From Oikopleura dioica (lineage: Eukaryota; Animalia; Chordata), in NCBI GenBank assembly GCA_907165135.1, contig OU015568.1, positions 4,340,001 to 4,404,000 of the forward strand: DNA of 64,000 nucleotides, read 5' to 3'. The notes under the pieces are model-generated. The model made no database searches. It was not told the origin of the DNA and saw only the letters and a program-made list of their open reading frames with translations. How positions within the stretch are numbered: the stretch's first letter is position 1; every line of letters starts with the position of its first letter. The translations under genes and the position numbers were made by a program. Below, one piece after another: positions 34,296 through 45,577 of the stretch.

Positions 34296-35317
34296 ATGAC
34301 TGTTCCTCTACAGTTCCTCTTGGAGTGCCCCTTCATTCCGCAGGAATAGCAGGTGATAATTGTACCATCGCGTCGTCGTTCAAGCTGAGCTCGCGGTCGT
34401 TCTTGGTAGTATTGATTCGTTTGGGGAGCAGTAAATTGAGCCGTCGTGTTGATCGCGTTTTGCTGCTCCGTCGTCTGTCGATTGGGATTGAAACTTTCTC
34501 GTGAAGATTGTCGAGGAGTAGCCTTAACCTTGTTAACCTCCGCAAGTTCCATTTTGAGCGCGTCCATTTTTTCGTCCATCTTGGAAAGAAGTTGAGAGAA
34601 AGAGGCAGATTCGAGTCGTAATGCGGAGACTTCTTCCTTTAAGAGTGTGTTTTCCATGCTGACAGCACATATGTCGACGCGACGTTTGAATTTTTTCATC
34701 TTGTCTAAGTATTCGGCAATTTGTTTTGGAGTTTTGGATGACTGTCCTTGGTCCAGAATGTATCGCTTGAGGTCCGGTGTCAGGTTTGCGTTGAAGGATT
34801 CCTCTAGAAAATGTTCTTTCAGCACGTCTTTACCTTTACTTGCTAGAGTAGCAAGTTTTTCGATTCGGGAATAGAATCTTGTGAAGGTTTCGTCTTCGTC
34901 AGCTCGTCTGGTGATGTTCGAGAGTTTCTCGCGAGCCTCCCTCGCTAGTTCCTCTGGCTTTTCTTCTCCAATGATCTGGTGAAGCAATGTGTAAAAGTCG
35001 GTTGAGCCTTTGACATCTTCAAATTCGTCTTCGTATCTCTCTCGAAATGTTCGATCAAGATGGGAGAGGCAGATTCGTCGGCGTGTGCTCTTGAACTGTG
35101 CTTCAAGTGCGGTCTTTGTTTCTTCGTTGATCTTGTGCTCGGCCAATGACGCCCTGAAGATCAAGCCCATTCTTTCCAATTTCTCTTTCAGCTCAGTCTC
35201 GATTCTCTTGAGTTGTGTCTTTGTAGTCCTTGTCGTTATCTTAGTCTCTGGCATCGAATTATTCGTGAAGTCCTCAAGAAGTTCCATTGGGTGTCGAATC
35301 GCATAGTTGGTCACCAT
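34229..35317 (-). CDS. gag: Gag with two CCHC zinc knuckles
   Basis: CYSCGMKGHSKRNC and CHICNQRGHIKDIC; coiled-coil-like central region; first ATG at 35317. Confidence 0.95.
   Translation of the reverse strand: MVTNYAIRHPMELLEDFTNNSMPETKITTRTTKTQLKRIETELKEKLERMGLIFRASLAEHKINEETKTALEAQFKSTRRRICLSHLDRTFRERYEDEFEDVKGSTDFYTLLHQIIGEEKPEELAREAREKLSNITRRADEDETFTRFYSRIEKLATLASKGKDVLKEHFLEESFNANLTPDLKRYILDQGQSSKTPKQIAEYLDKMKKFKRRVDICAVSMENTLLKEEVSALRLESASFSQLLSKMDEKMDALKMELAEVNKVKATPRQSSRESFNPNRQTTEQQNAINTTAQFTAPQTNQYYQERPRAQLERRRDGTIITCYSCGMKGHSKRNCRGTVICHICNQRGHIKDICPSRQPKN
35294..35316 (-). promoter_or_regulatory. Primer binding site, probably tRNA-Trp
   Basis: TGGTGACCAACTATGCGATTCGA immediately after the 5' LTR; its complement ends GGTCACCA like animal tRNA-Trp and extends into a T-loop-like TCGAATC. 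Confidence 0.7.
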
Positions 35318-35611
35318 GATACGGCTGTAAAAGAGCAAAAGGAGAAATTGAACCTTTCGATTGGTTTTATTGTGAAATTGAATAATTTTGTCTTGGCAGA
35401 GCTGCTTATAAGGGGTCAGAAATGTGTCAAGCGTAAAATCAGCTGGGTGAAGTGGGTCAGTTGGTCAATGATTCGAATCAGCGGGTCGTCACTCCCACGA
35501 TTGGAATCCGGTTAGCGCGCAGATAAATAAGAATAAGAAAGGCATGCTGTAAGGCGTAAAATTCATATATAAAATATTTACAAAATATAAAGTTTTTCTA
35601 CAGTCGTGTCA
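35317..35611 (-). repeat. 5' LTR (295 bp)
   Basis: Same sequence as 28989-29283; followed by the PBS. Confidence 0.97.
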
Positions 35612-38189
35612 TTTCCATCTTTTGAAATTTGAAGATAGTTTTTCCTCTTGACTCGGACAGAATCATGATGATTGAAACGACTGCTGGAGTTGTTGATGAT
35701 GAGCGTGATCTTTCTGTAGCAAAAGGTAATGATGAGAAGCGGCAGAAGATAGCCGACAATGAGCATGATAACATAATATTCTCGCTGGATAAGTGGCATC
35801 TCTCCCGAGCAAGAGTCTTATCGCGAGGTTTAATGAAGGCATATCGTGTTGGATGAAATTGCTTAGAACCCTTTTTTCAACTTGGGCAGCCCAAGTGAGG
35901 CCAAAATATTTTCGAGTTATCATGAAACCTAGCATGAAATTGGTCGAGCTCGATCAATTCCGAGTCGTTCTTCAAAATTTTCGACAAAAAATCATCATCT
36001 TCGACGACGGAGCTCATCCAGTCCAGCGGATCTTCTGAGCCATAATCTTCGGCTTCATCATCAGGATCATCGGTCAATGACGCATTTTTTCCACTGTCAG
36101 CTTTGATGAAGCTCGGCATATTCGTCTCTGGCTTGTTGTTCCAGTCGATTCCGCAAGTGTCGTTTTCATAAACTGTGTTTCTGGCGATGGGAATAATGAG
36201 CATGAATCCACAGAGCCAAGCAAAGGGGACGGAGATCTTGGCTTGTTGGTAATGATTGTCGTCGAACTTCATTCCTTTCAGAAGTCCTTTGTATCTTTCA
36301 AGGGGTTTCAACAAGAAAATAACCTTTGGACAAAAAACGTATTCGTCCTTGTCTGAAGAACAAAAAGGAGTTGAACTGGAAGTCATTAATTTACCGCCTA
36401 ATTACAAAGTCGATAGAAATGATGAGAAAAGCCCGTTTTCCTGAAGATGCTCAAAGACGCGAGCAAAATGATGGACACGAACATGCACATGATTTTCACC
36501 GAGTTATCACCTGAATTATGGAATGAGGCAATTAACATTCGAGTTCGGCGGCTTACAAATGCATAGAACTTGACCCCAGCGCCATACTTGTCTCATCCGC
36601 CGGTCAATATGGAGAGGGAGGTGGAACAGCATGATCAAATCGGCCATCGAAACGTTCAAAATGAACAGATTGGAGAAGATCTTTCTGCAAGAAGTCGACT
36701 GGGTACTAAAATAATGGTCGATTACCAAGAACTGAATAAATGAATTCAAAAGAAGCCACTTTGCGATATCAAATATTGATCTCTTCAGTATATTGGATAA
36801 AAGAAGATATGTCATCGGAAAAATAATAAGAAAGAAGCAATACAATTAGGTATAAAAAAGCAACTTTTGGCCATTTTTGTTCATCAATAGCACAAAAACT
36901 GGTATTGGGTAAGGGTTAAGGTTTGGGTTTGATTTCGGCTCTGGCCAAAGCTGATGATTTGGGTCTTTTTGTCGGTCAGGGTTAGGGTTAGTATTAAAAA
37001 TAAGTAATTTTAGATATTTTTAGATATTAGTTCATATTTTGTGTTCTACCCTGCTGTTCATATTACTTAACCCTAACCCTTACCCTAACGATTATAGACT
37101 TAGCTGAGTAAATAAATTAGTAATTTAATAAATAATTTTGTTAAATTTTCGATTACCTGAAAAAATGCCCTTTTAGCAACACAAGAATAACAATAAAATT
37201 CGCCGGCATTCCGATAGCACAAAAGAGCATGTAGACAATCGTCGTCCATGAAAAACTCATTTTCCAGTCAATTTCTTTTTAGGTTCTCTCTTTTTAATAT
37301 GCCTGGGAGCGAGGACTTGGGACGATTATACTTTTTCACCGAAGAGCGCCAATTTGATCATTTTCGCGACGAAAAGATCTTTCATGCAAATCCCCCGTCT
37401 GGTGGTGATCACTTTTTTTCATTTTATTAGTTTTCGATTTTGTCCAAATTGAGACAACCTGCTTCCCATGCCCTTTCTTTAAACAACAATTTCATTTATT
37501 CTTTCTTTCTCTACTATTCAGAAGATCGACAGATTTTCAGATCGCGACGATGAATGAATAGAAACTCCCAATGCAAAATTTATATTTTCTGCATTTTCGG
37601 CCTTTGATCGACCTTTGGGCAGGCAAAATCATCATTCTCGGTATGACCGATTCTGTAATCGATACTGTAACAAAGAACTCAATCGAAAATTCTGATAAAA
37701 AACAAGAAAATTGCGAAAAAGACTCATAGATTCAGCCCGAAAAAGAGTCAAAAACGAACTCATCGAACTCAATTCAATACTGTACTATACTGTATTGACA
37801 AAATCATACAGTAAATACCGCAGAAATGAAGAAAAAACGGTAAGAAAGAATACAGAAAGCGGTCATTTTTGAGGACTTTGCGGATCGACTGCCTCGATGG
37901 TGGTTGATTTTGGCCGCAATTTCTAGTCATTCTTTCGAGAACAAGACTCTTTTACAATATTCAACAGAAGAAAACACTTGAAGTCGAAACGAAGAACGTT
38001 CCAAAAGACACATTCACGTTTCCTTTCAAACAATTCCACCTGATCCACTTCCACTTCCGCAGCTGGGAAAGCACATGTTGCAAAGAAAAATTCATCTGGT
38101 CAAGTGCTGGAATTTTTGTCTGAATTTTCTAGAACATGGGTTGTTGTGAGGAGCAAATTTGAATTCCAGTCAGATAGTTTAAAAGGAAA

Positions 38190-39235
38190 ATGTCGAAAGG
38201 AACGTCCTGCAAAGACGCCCTGAAGAAATGGTCCGAAAAGAATGGAACTCCATCCGCTGAAGCTGAAGAAATAAAACTTATTTGCGAATTACCACCTATC
38301 GACAAAATGGATACCAGGTAAAGAAAATTCGAATGAAAATCAAAAAATTAATTTTGTCTTTATTTTTTCAATTAACGAAGAATTCATTATTAAAAATAAT
38401 AATTTTTAATTGATAATTTTTAATTATTAATTAATTAATTTAATTAAAAATATTTTTTTTTATGTTTCAATTAATTTTTTAAAAATTCTTCATTCAGTCT
38501 CCTGACATTGGCAAACTGCACGCAACTGTCGCTGTGTACAAATGCTATCGACAAGATCGCGAATCTGAACGGGCTCAAAAAACTGAAAATACTTTCGCTC
38601 TCGCGCAACAACATAAAGAACTTGAATGGACTCGATGCCGTCGGCGACACACTCGAGCAGCTCTGGATCTCCAACAACAATATTGAAAAGCTCAAGGGCG
38701 TCCACGTACTCAAAAAACTCAAAGTTCTTTATATTTCCAATAATGGTGTCAAGGTAAGAAATCATCTTCTCAGCTAGATTCGCCAAAAAACAATTCAGGA
38801 TTGGGCCGAATTCACAAAGTTGGCCGACTTGCCCGTGCTTGAAGATCTGCAGTTTTATGGCAATCCTATTCATGAGCAGCTTGCCGCCTCAGGCGAGTGG
38901 ATACCAAAGGAAAGGCTCTTGATTTATACAAGTAGAACTGGGTTTTCGTGCTTCGAAATGAAACGATTGTATAATACATATTATAAATTTTATAAATTTA
39001 TCGCGAGTTTAATGAGAATTCTCTGCTCCTCCGCAAGCATATGGTGAAGATGATTTTTTGTTTTGATCGATATAAAACCGCAACAATCATAAAGCACCTT
39101 TCAAAATTTTTGGCTAATTTATGGTCTTTCGAACAAAACATCATTTTTTATTCTTACTGAGCCACAAAACAGGCTTCAAACGCTCTGCCTCAACTCAAAA
39201 AACTCGACGGCGCAGCTGTTATTCGCGACGAATAA
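38190..39235 (+). CDS. DNAL1: Dynein axonemal light chain 1 (LC1, leucine-rich repeat); 4 exons
   Basis: [14 protein letters not shown]...PPIDKMD; [49 protein letters not shown]; DWAEF...[10 protein letters not shown]; LPQLKKLDG. Confidence 0.95.
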
Positions 39236-41034
39236 CTGTAATTCTGGCAGTTACTGAAGCCGATCCTGCAATTCACTCGTATGTACTCCTCTATGTAATC
39301 ACTCCTCCAATAAATATTTAATCTATTTTTTTACGAAAACTCTTGTCATTATTTTTTCTCAAAAAAAGGGTGAATCGTGATGAGTTGGGAAAGTCTGGGG
39401 GAGGTTGTCTCGGAGGATTAGCTAATTGATTTCTGGCTCCGTTCTCATTCGTGCCACGATCAGCCAACGTCAAGGAGTTTTAATTCGCAGAAATTTATGG
39501 CACTTGATCTTTTCGCAAGCAAAAATGACAACTTGTAAACAAGAGAAAACTGATGCAGAGATAAAGATAGAAGAATGGGATAGATCTTGACAGATTTACG
39601 AGGTTTTTTCATCCTTGGAATTTGAATTGGCATTTCAAAATTTCCATCTTATTTTCTCCAAGAAATTTACTTTTATGAAAGATAAAATTAAAGAGTCTTT
39701 CACGGTTCTTCTTTAAGCCAGACTGTAGCGGAAATACTGTATTTCAAACACAGAATAATGTCTTTTGGCCCTCTTTATCTAAATTAAATTGGCTTGAATC
39801 GGTAGAATTTATTTATTTTTTTTGTTTCAAGCAATTTGAAATTAGTTATCATTCAAAAATAAAAAAATATGACTTCAACCCTTGTTTTCAAAAAGGATGT
39901 GTTTTCCAGGAGCGCGCTCCTCCGGGAAGCGTGGGAAAGAGAGGTTTCGTTGGGGCACGGCGCGGGCAGCTGTTACCGATCAATTTATCAAGGAAAATTG
40001 AACGCTAATTCAAAATTAACGATTTCTTAGAAAGCGCTTTTAAACTAACCACTAGAACAACTTTTTTTTACAGAGAGATTTTCAAGAAGAAAGAAAGAAG
40101 ATTTTATTCATCATTTTTTATTTAAAAAAATGTATTTTTTCTTTAAAATTTTTCCTCGATCTGTAATCTACTGTAAAAAGACTGTTATGTCCTTCAGTTC
40201 AACGATTTTCGCGTTTAAAAAAGGTCAAAAAGCCCATAAAATGGTGATTCGTATCTTCTCATTAAAATTCTGAACAAACAGTAATCCATTCATCAGCGTT
40301 TGAACACTCAACTGACCCGTTTTTTCTGACTCATTCATTTTCTTTACTTTCATTCTTCATATTTTATATGCCCCAGTGCTCGACCCGTCAAACTTGAGGG
40401 AGATGCTCCATTTGCTCTTTACAGTAATTTGGCTTCAGTAAGAGAGAACGAGTTTTTCAGCGTCAGATACAGTAACAATTACAGTTACAGCCAGAACTTT
40501 CAAAATAAGAAAGAAAAGCCGGTTAAGCCAACTTTCGTTAGCAAAATCGGCGAGAGCGGCCTTGGTCACGTGATCAGCCGGATAAAGCAGTTCAATTTGA
40601 ACAATGAGATATTGAACCCTTTTCAGCCTTTTCGACCAAAAAGAGATTATTTTACTGGATCGGGTTTTGATTGATTTTCAGCAACCTAGAGAACGCACAA
40701 ATTTACCATTTTTTCAAACGAGAAAATGCCTGATTGAAAAATGACTGTAAATGCCTGTAAATACAGTAATATTTGCGCATTTCCATATCACTAAAACTGC
40801 CAGGGCAGTATTTGCCTAACCATGAGAAGCAATAAAAAACTTCTAACAGGATTTATACAGGAAATTCCCACAATAATCATTTTTCTTCCAATTTTACATC
40901 ATTTCTACCTTCGCCCCTTGAACTAGAAAGAAAGAGAAAACGAAGCTGCCACTTGAACTTTTCTAAAAACATCAAAAATTGTCGCGGCGATTGTTTGTTT
41001 CTATCCTTGCTTGTATTTGCTTCTAGAACTCAAG

Positions 41035-44000
41035 TGATTGCATTCTTGGCTCTTGTATTTGCCCCTTTTCTGTGTCCCTGTATTCACTGCTCAATTATCA
41101 GTTTTCGTTTTTTAGAGAAAATGATATCGATTATATAGCGCAAGGCGGTGGAAATTCTTCTCGAACAAGAAAAAGGATCGAAAAAGAAAGAAAAAACAGA
41201 AAAAATAAAGAGCCAGAATGGAAGAAACGTCAGGAAACAGTCAAGAACTTACCTTATCGACTTGATAGTGGAGAATCTTGAAGAGGAAGCCGCTTGCGGC
41301 TTTTGAAATTGAAATATTATTCATTTTTTGAGGCTCAAAAGCCGGGAGGAGCTTTTTCCCATTTTTCCAATTATTTTTGAAAAGAAGCTTTTTTGACTGT
41401 TGAAAAAAGAGCTCCTGCCGATCATCGGCTTGAACTGGGATGAGGTGAAAATCCCGCTGGTGATTTCGCTTTGGATTCTTTTCGCTGGAATCGCCAAGAT
41501 CGGCTTCCATTACGCGAATAGAGTCGCCCCGCGCGTGCCTGAATGCTGTCTTCTAATTTGCCTTGGGCTCATTGTCGGCGGCATTATCTACGCGGTCAGG
41601 GATGATGTAAGTTTATCCGCAAATATCGCTGTATACATTCGCTGTTTTCAGAGCAATCACAACGACTTTCTGACGATTGCGGAGCACTTGTTCACGCCGC
41701 ATACGTTCTTTCTCATTATTTTGCCGCCGATCGTTCTCGAAGCCGGATATTTTATGCCGAAAGATGCCTTTTTCAACAACATCGGAACAATTCTGACTTA
41801 TGCAATCATAGGCACGCTTCTTAACTCCTTTGCCACTGGTCTTTCTCTTTACGGAGTGTACAAAGGTACAATTTTCGGGCGCTTAAAGTAGAAAATTTGG
41901 TTCCTTTTTGAGAGTTACGGAGTCTTTTTTTAATCAAAAGCCGCAAGATGCTTTTTCGCTCTTTCAAGAGCAAGGAATTCGGTGTGATTCTTTCTTTTTC
42001 AGGAGGATTGATGCCCGGCCTGGACGATTCACACGACCGTCCGATGGGCATTTTGGAATGTTTGCTTTTGGCACGATCATTTGCGCTGTCGATCCCGTAG
42101 CTGTCATCGCTGTCTTTGAAGAGATACATGTCAACGTGGTCCTCTACATTTGCGTCTTTGGCGAATCACTGCTCAACGATGGTGTTGCTGTCGTTCTGTA
42201 TAAAGGTAATAAAGTGTAAGTTAGTTTGGTATCAACTGCGATTTCCTAGTGTACGAATCGTTTTTGGAAATGCCGGAAGGATCTGTAAATGCTACGAATA
42301 TTTTTCGTGCTGTTCTGAAATTCTTTGTCGTTGCCGGAGGAGGAACTCTTTTGGGGATAGTTTTTGGCTTCTTTGGAGCATTTATTACAAAGTAAGAAAC
42401 AGTAATCCGTGGCTAGTTTAGGTGGACGTTAGATATATTTGTTGATTCATTTTATTTTTTGATTTTTCAGGTACACCATCCATGTTCGAATCATTGAACC
42501 GACATTCGTTTTCATCGTCTGCTACATCGCGTATTTGACTGCAGAATGCGTCGATTTTTCCGCCATTCTCTCGATCGTATTTTGCGGCTTCACGATGATC
42601 TCTTATGTCGAGCACAATATTTCTGGCAAATCGCACACGACCGTTAAATACGGCATGAAGATGGTGGCTAATATTTGCGAGGTAAAGTTGACGCGAAATT
42701 TACGAGATAGCCTAGCAAACACTTATTTAGATTACGATCTTTATGTTCCTCGGAATCTCCGCAATTTCGGACTTTTGGATTCATTGGAATACTGGCTTCG
42801 TTTTCTGGACGGTTTTGTTCATCACAGTTTATCGGTTCATGTCTGTTTATGGGCTCACTTATCTTTTGAATAAAGGAAGATTGGAGCCAATTGGAAAAGG
42901 TACCTTGCTCGTTTACTAGCAAACAGTCCTGACAAACTCCTAGTCGATCAGTTTGTCATGGCATACGGAGGTCTTCGAGGAGGAATCGCCTTTGCTCTTA
43001 CAAAACTGACCTCGATCCAGCTCGTCCCGCAAATCAACGTCATGCTTTGTGCCTGCCTCGTGGTTATTTTCTTCACTTCCTTCATCCAAGGTTTGGCCAT
43101 CTTCCCCTCCCTTTTTCAAGCAATTGTTTCGTAGGTGCTTCTGTTGGGCCGATCGTAGAATGGCTCAATGTCAAAAAAGGCGATGCGGAGAAACGAGGAA
43201 TGGATGAAGAAGTGGTTTATCGAGCTATTGATCATGTTGTCAGCGGAATTGAAGATGTCATTGGACATCATGGCATGCATTGGTGGATGCATAAGGTTTC
43301 TTCCTTTCTTGAACCAGCAGTTGACCCATTTCTAGCTCTCTGAATTCAACGCGAAGCGAATCAATCCGATCTTCACGAGAGATGCTTGGCGACTCGCCGA
43401 TCAAGAGATTTTAGACATCTACCACAGGTTTCTTCCCTCCCATTTCTCTCCACCCCTCTTAACAATGTTCAGGATGAACCTCCGAGACGCGACAAAAATC
43501 ATCAACAAAGCCGATACGGGAATCATGCTCAATCGTTCCGAGCAGAAACTCGCCGAACTCATGCTTCAGGGCAATTCCTTGCCAGACATGAACCCTCAAG
43601 ACTCCTCTTCTTCCAATCTTCGACTGAACCTCGATGAAAACGCAGATCTGGGCAAATTCGACAAGAAGGAATGCATCAAAGTCAAGCACGACGCAAACCT
43701 TCACCATATGCTTGTCGTAAGACAAAAGTCTTTGAAAAAAGAACCTCCTGAATATTTGTCGTTCAGGATCATTTGTACCCAACGAGACAGAACATGAAGA
43801 CGCACGAAATGCTCCGTACTCGTCGCGGTCACATCCCTGCCGAGTCCAAAATCTGCCACCAGAAACAAGAGATCTTTTTCAGAAGGAAAATACAGGTAAA
43901 ATAACAGCTTCAAAACCATTCTTCTCCTTTCATTCTCTCATATTTCACTATTTTCTTCTTCATCTCTCTTCTCATTTCTTCTAGGAAGAATCAAGGAATC

Positions 44001-45124
44001 TTTCTTTAAAACTTCAATGAAAGCCTTTTTCTTTCTTTGAAAAATTCCGTGGTAAGATTGTACCGCTCACATAGCTTGCGGTTAGGAAGTAAGAAGCGCC
44101 AAAGAACGCTCACGACGACTTACGAAGAAGATCTTTCTAAAGGACGGGCTTAGGATGAAAATTCGAAATATGAGTCTTTATTGCTTCATCCCTTTATAAG
44201 ACGACTGTTTACCGATTGTAGAAAAAAACTATCTCACACTGCCAAGTGCTTTCTACGACCGTAGACCATCAGCGATGGATGCTTTTGATGATTCTTCAGT
44301 CTCACAGACATCACAGGAACGGTTCGCTCAGACGAATCTCTAGCGCTAAAAGCATCTGTCGAAACGAGTAAAGGATCCACCTCGCCGAGCGACAGAAGGA
44401 GCAACTTTTACATTGGGATCAGACTCACCAAATAGTGTCTATTCACGATTTCGACACTACTCTGATTAGTTTCTATTCATCTCAACTCTCATTCTCTTCC
44501 TTGCTTTCCTCTTTCTCTTTCTCTTTTCCATCTATCATCCTCTTCTCAGCATTTTCAAGGACTAAAGCGTGCTTCTTTAGTATCACAAAAACTCAAAAGA
44601 CCCGAAGAAAAAGGGCCGATACGAAAAAGTCGCTGGCGATTTGGTTGAAACAGAAAGTGAACGCGCTCTGAAAAAGAAGGGTCTTGAGAAAAGTATGATT
44701 CATTATTCGATAGCTTGACTTTACTGTAATTTCTAGTGGATGATATTGTAGAAGAAGAGGATTTAGTTGAAATCGTGGCGGATGGAAGTCCTGAGTCGCC
44801 GGATGAAGGAATAACGCTGAATATTGATTACACAAGCACAGGTTTTCTCATGAGATATCCTAGTACTGACTTGTATTTTTAGACTTATCGCGAACAGAAT
44901 CGCCCGAAGTGAACGGAAACATAACTGCCAAAAACGATGATGATACTCTCGTACTAGCACAAACCGAGCTCCCGTGGAAGAGCAACTCTAGAATCAGCGT
45001 TGAAGGTACTCACCTTCCTTTTCTCTCTTTCAATTCAATTTTAGCGGACCCTCGGACAAATACCGAAACAGGCCGTCGCTACCGAACTACTTCCAACATT
45101 TCCGGAACCTCCCAAGAGCAATAA
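41035..45124 (+). CDS. Plasma-membrane-type Na+/H+ exchanger (SLC9A1-5 clade); 5' end uncertain
   Basis: [87 protein letters not shown], long cytosolic tail. Confidence 0.92.
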
Positions 45125-45577
45125 TTATTTAAACGAAAATGCAACCAGCTTATTTAACAAAAAATATCTTAATTTTGCCAAAAAAACATCATCAACTTCA
45201 ACGAATCTTCAACAAATCTCTCTTTCTCTCTTTTCCGCCATCATTCTGTATAAAACAAAAGACAAAAAAGCTCATTCAGACAAGAAAAAAAAATTCCTGC
45301 GTACTATTCGTTCCAAATAAGTTTTCAAACAGTGTTTCGTTTATTTTGAAAATTCTGCTCTGCTTACCTCAATTTTACATTTTTTTCTTATTATTAATTT
45401 AAAGTTTTAGGATAAGTTCTGCGTACTGACTTTAGCTTTCGAAAAAGTACTATTATTATTTAATAAATCAACTTTTCTCAACTTAAAAATCAGTCGTAAA
45501 TATGCTGATTTCAGTTCATATTTACAGAATCCTTTCTTGAACTTTTAAAACTATGTACAGAGAGGAAAAAAGACAGG

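Larger units (their letters stand above)
28989..35611 (-). mobile_element. Full-length Ty3/gypsy LTR retrotransposon (Tor-like), 6.6 kb, no env ORF
   Basis: Two 295-bp TG...CA LTRs identical by eye; 5-bp TSD TTTCC (28984-28988, 35612-35616); intact gag and pol (PR-RT-RH-IN). Confidence 0.98.
28241..37260 (-). pseudogene. Class A (rhodopsin-like, peptide-receptor type) GPCR; this allele is disrupted by an LTR retrotransposon in the ICL3 exon
   Basis: TM1 GMPANFIVILV (37260-37157), TM2 FILNVSMADL, TM4 AWLCGFMLIIP, TM5 GYLLPLLIITFCY, TM6 FFICWTPLH, TM7 WANPVLNPLL-Y, helix 8 YAFAGKQFRSDFRKLL; removing the element plus one TSD restores ...SKDGNRSNSTSSTLISV... Confidence 0.88.

Noticed and set aside
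28960-35515. Duplicated 75-100 aa ORFs (AVKEQKEKLNL...) at 28960 and 35213
   Set aside because: Chance reading frames through the two identical LTRs
36905-37090. Interstitial telomere (TTAGGG/CCCTAA runs; also ~53190 and ~28855)
   Set aside because: Only 2-3 degenerate units each; more likely internal motifs of small repeats
37550-38160. Possible short gene upstream of DNAL1
   Set aside because: Fragments in several frames with stops; no coherent model
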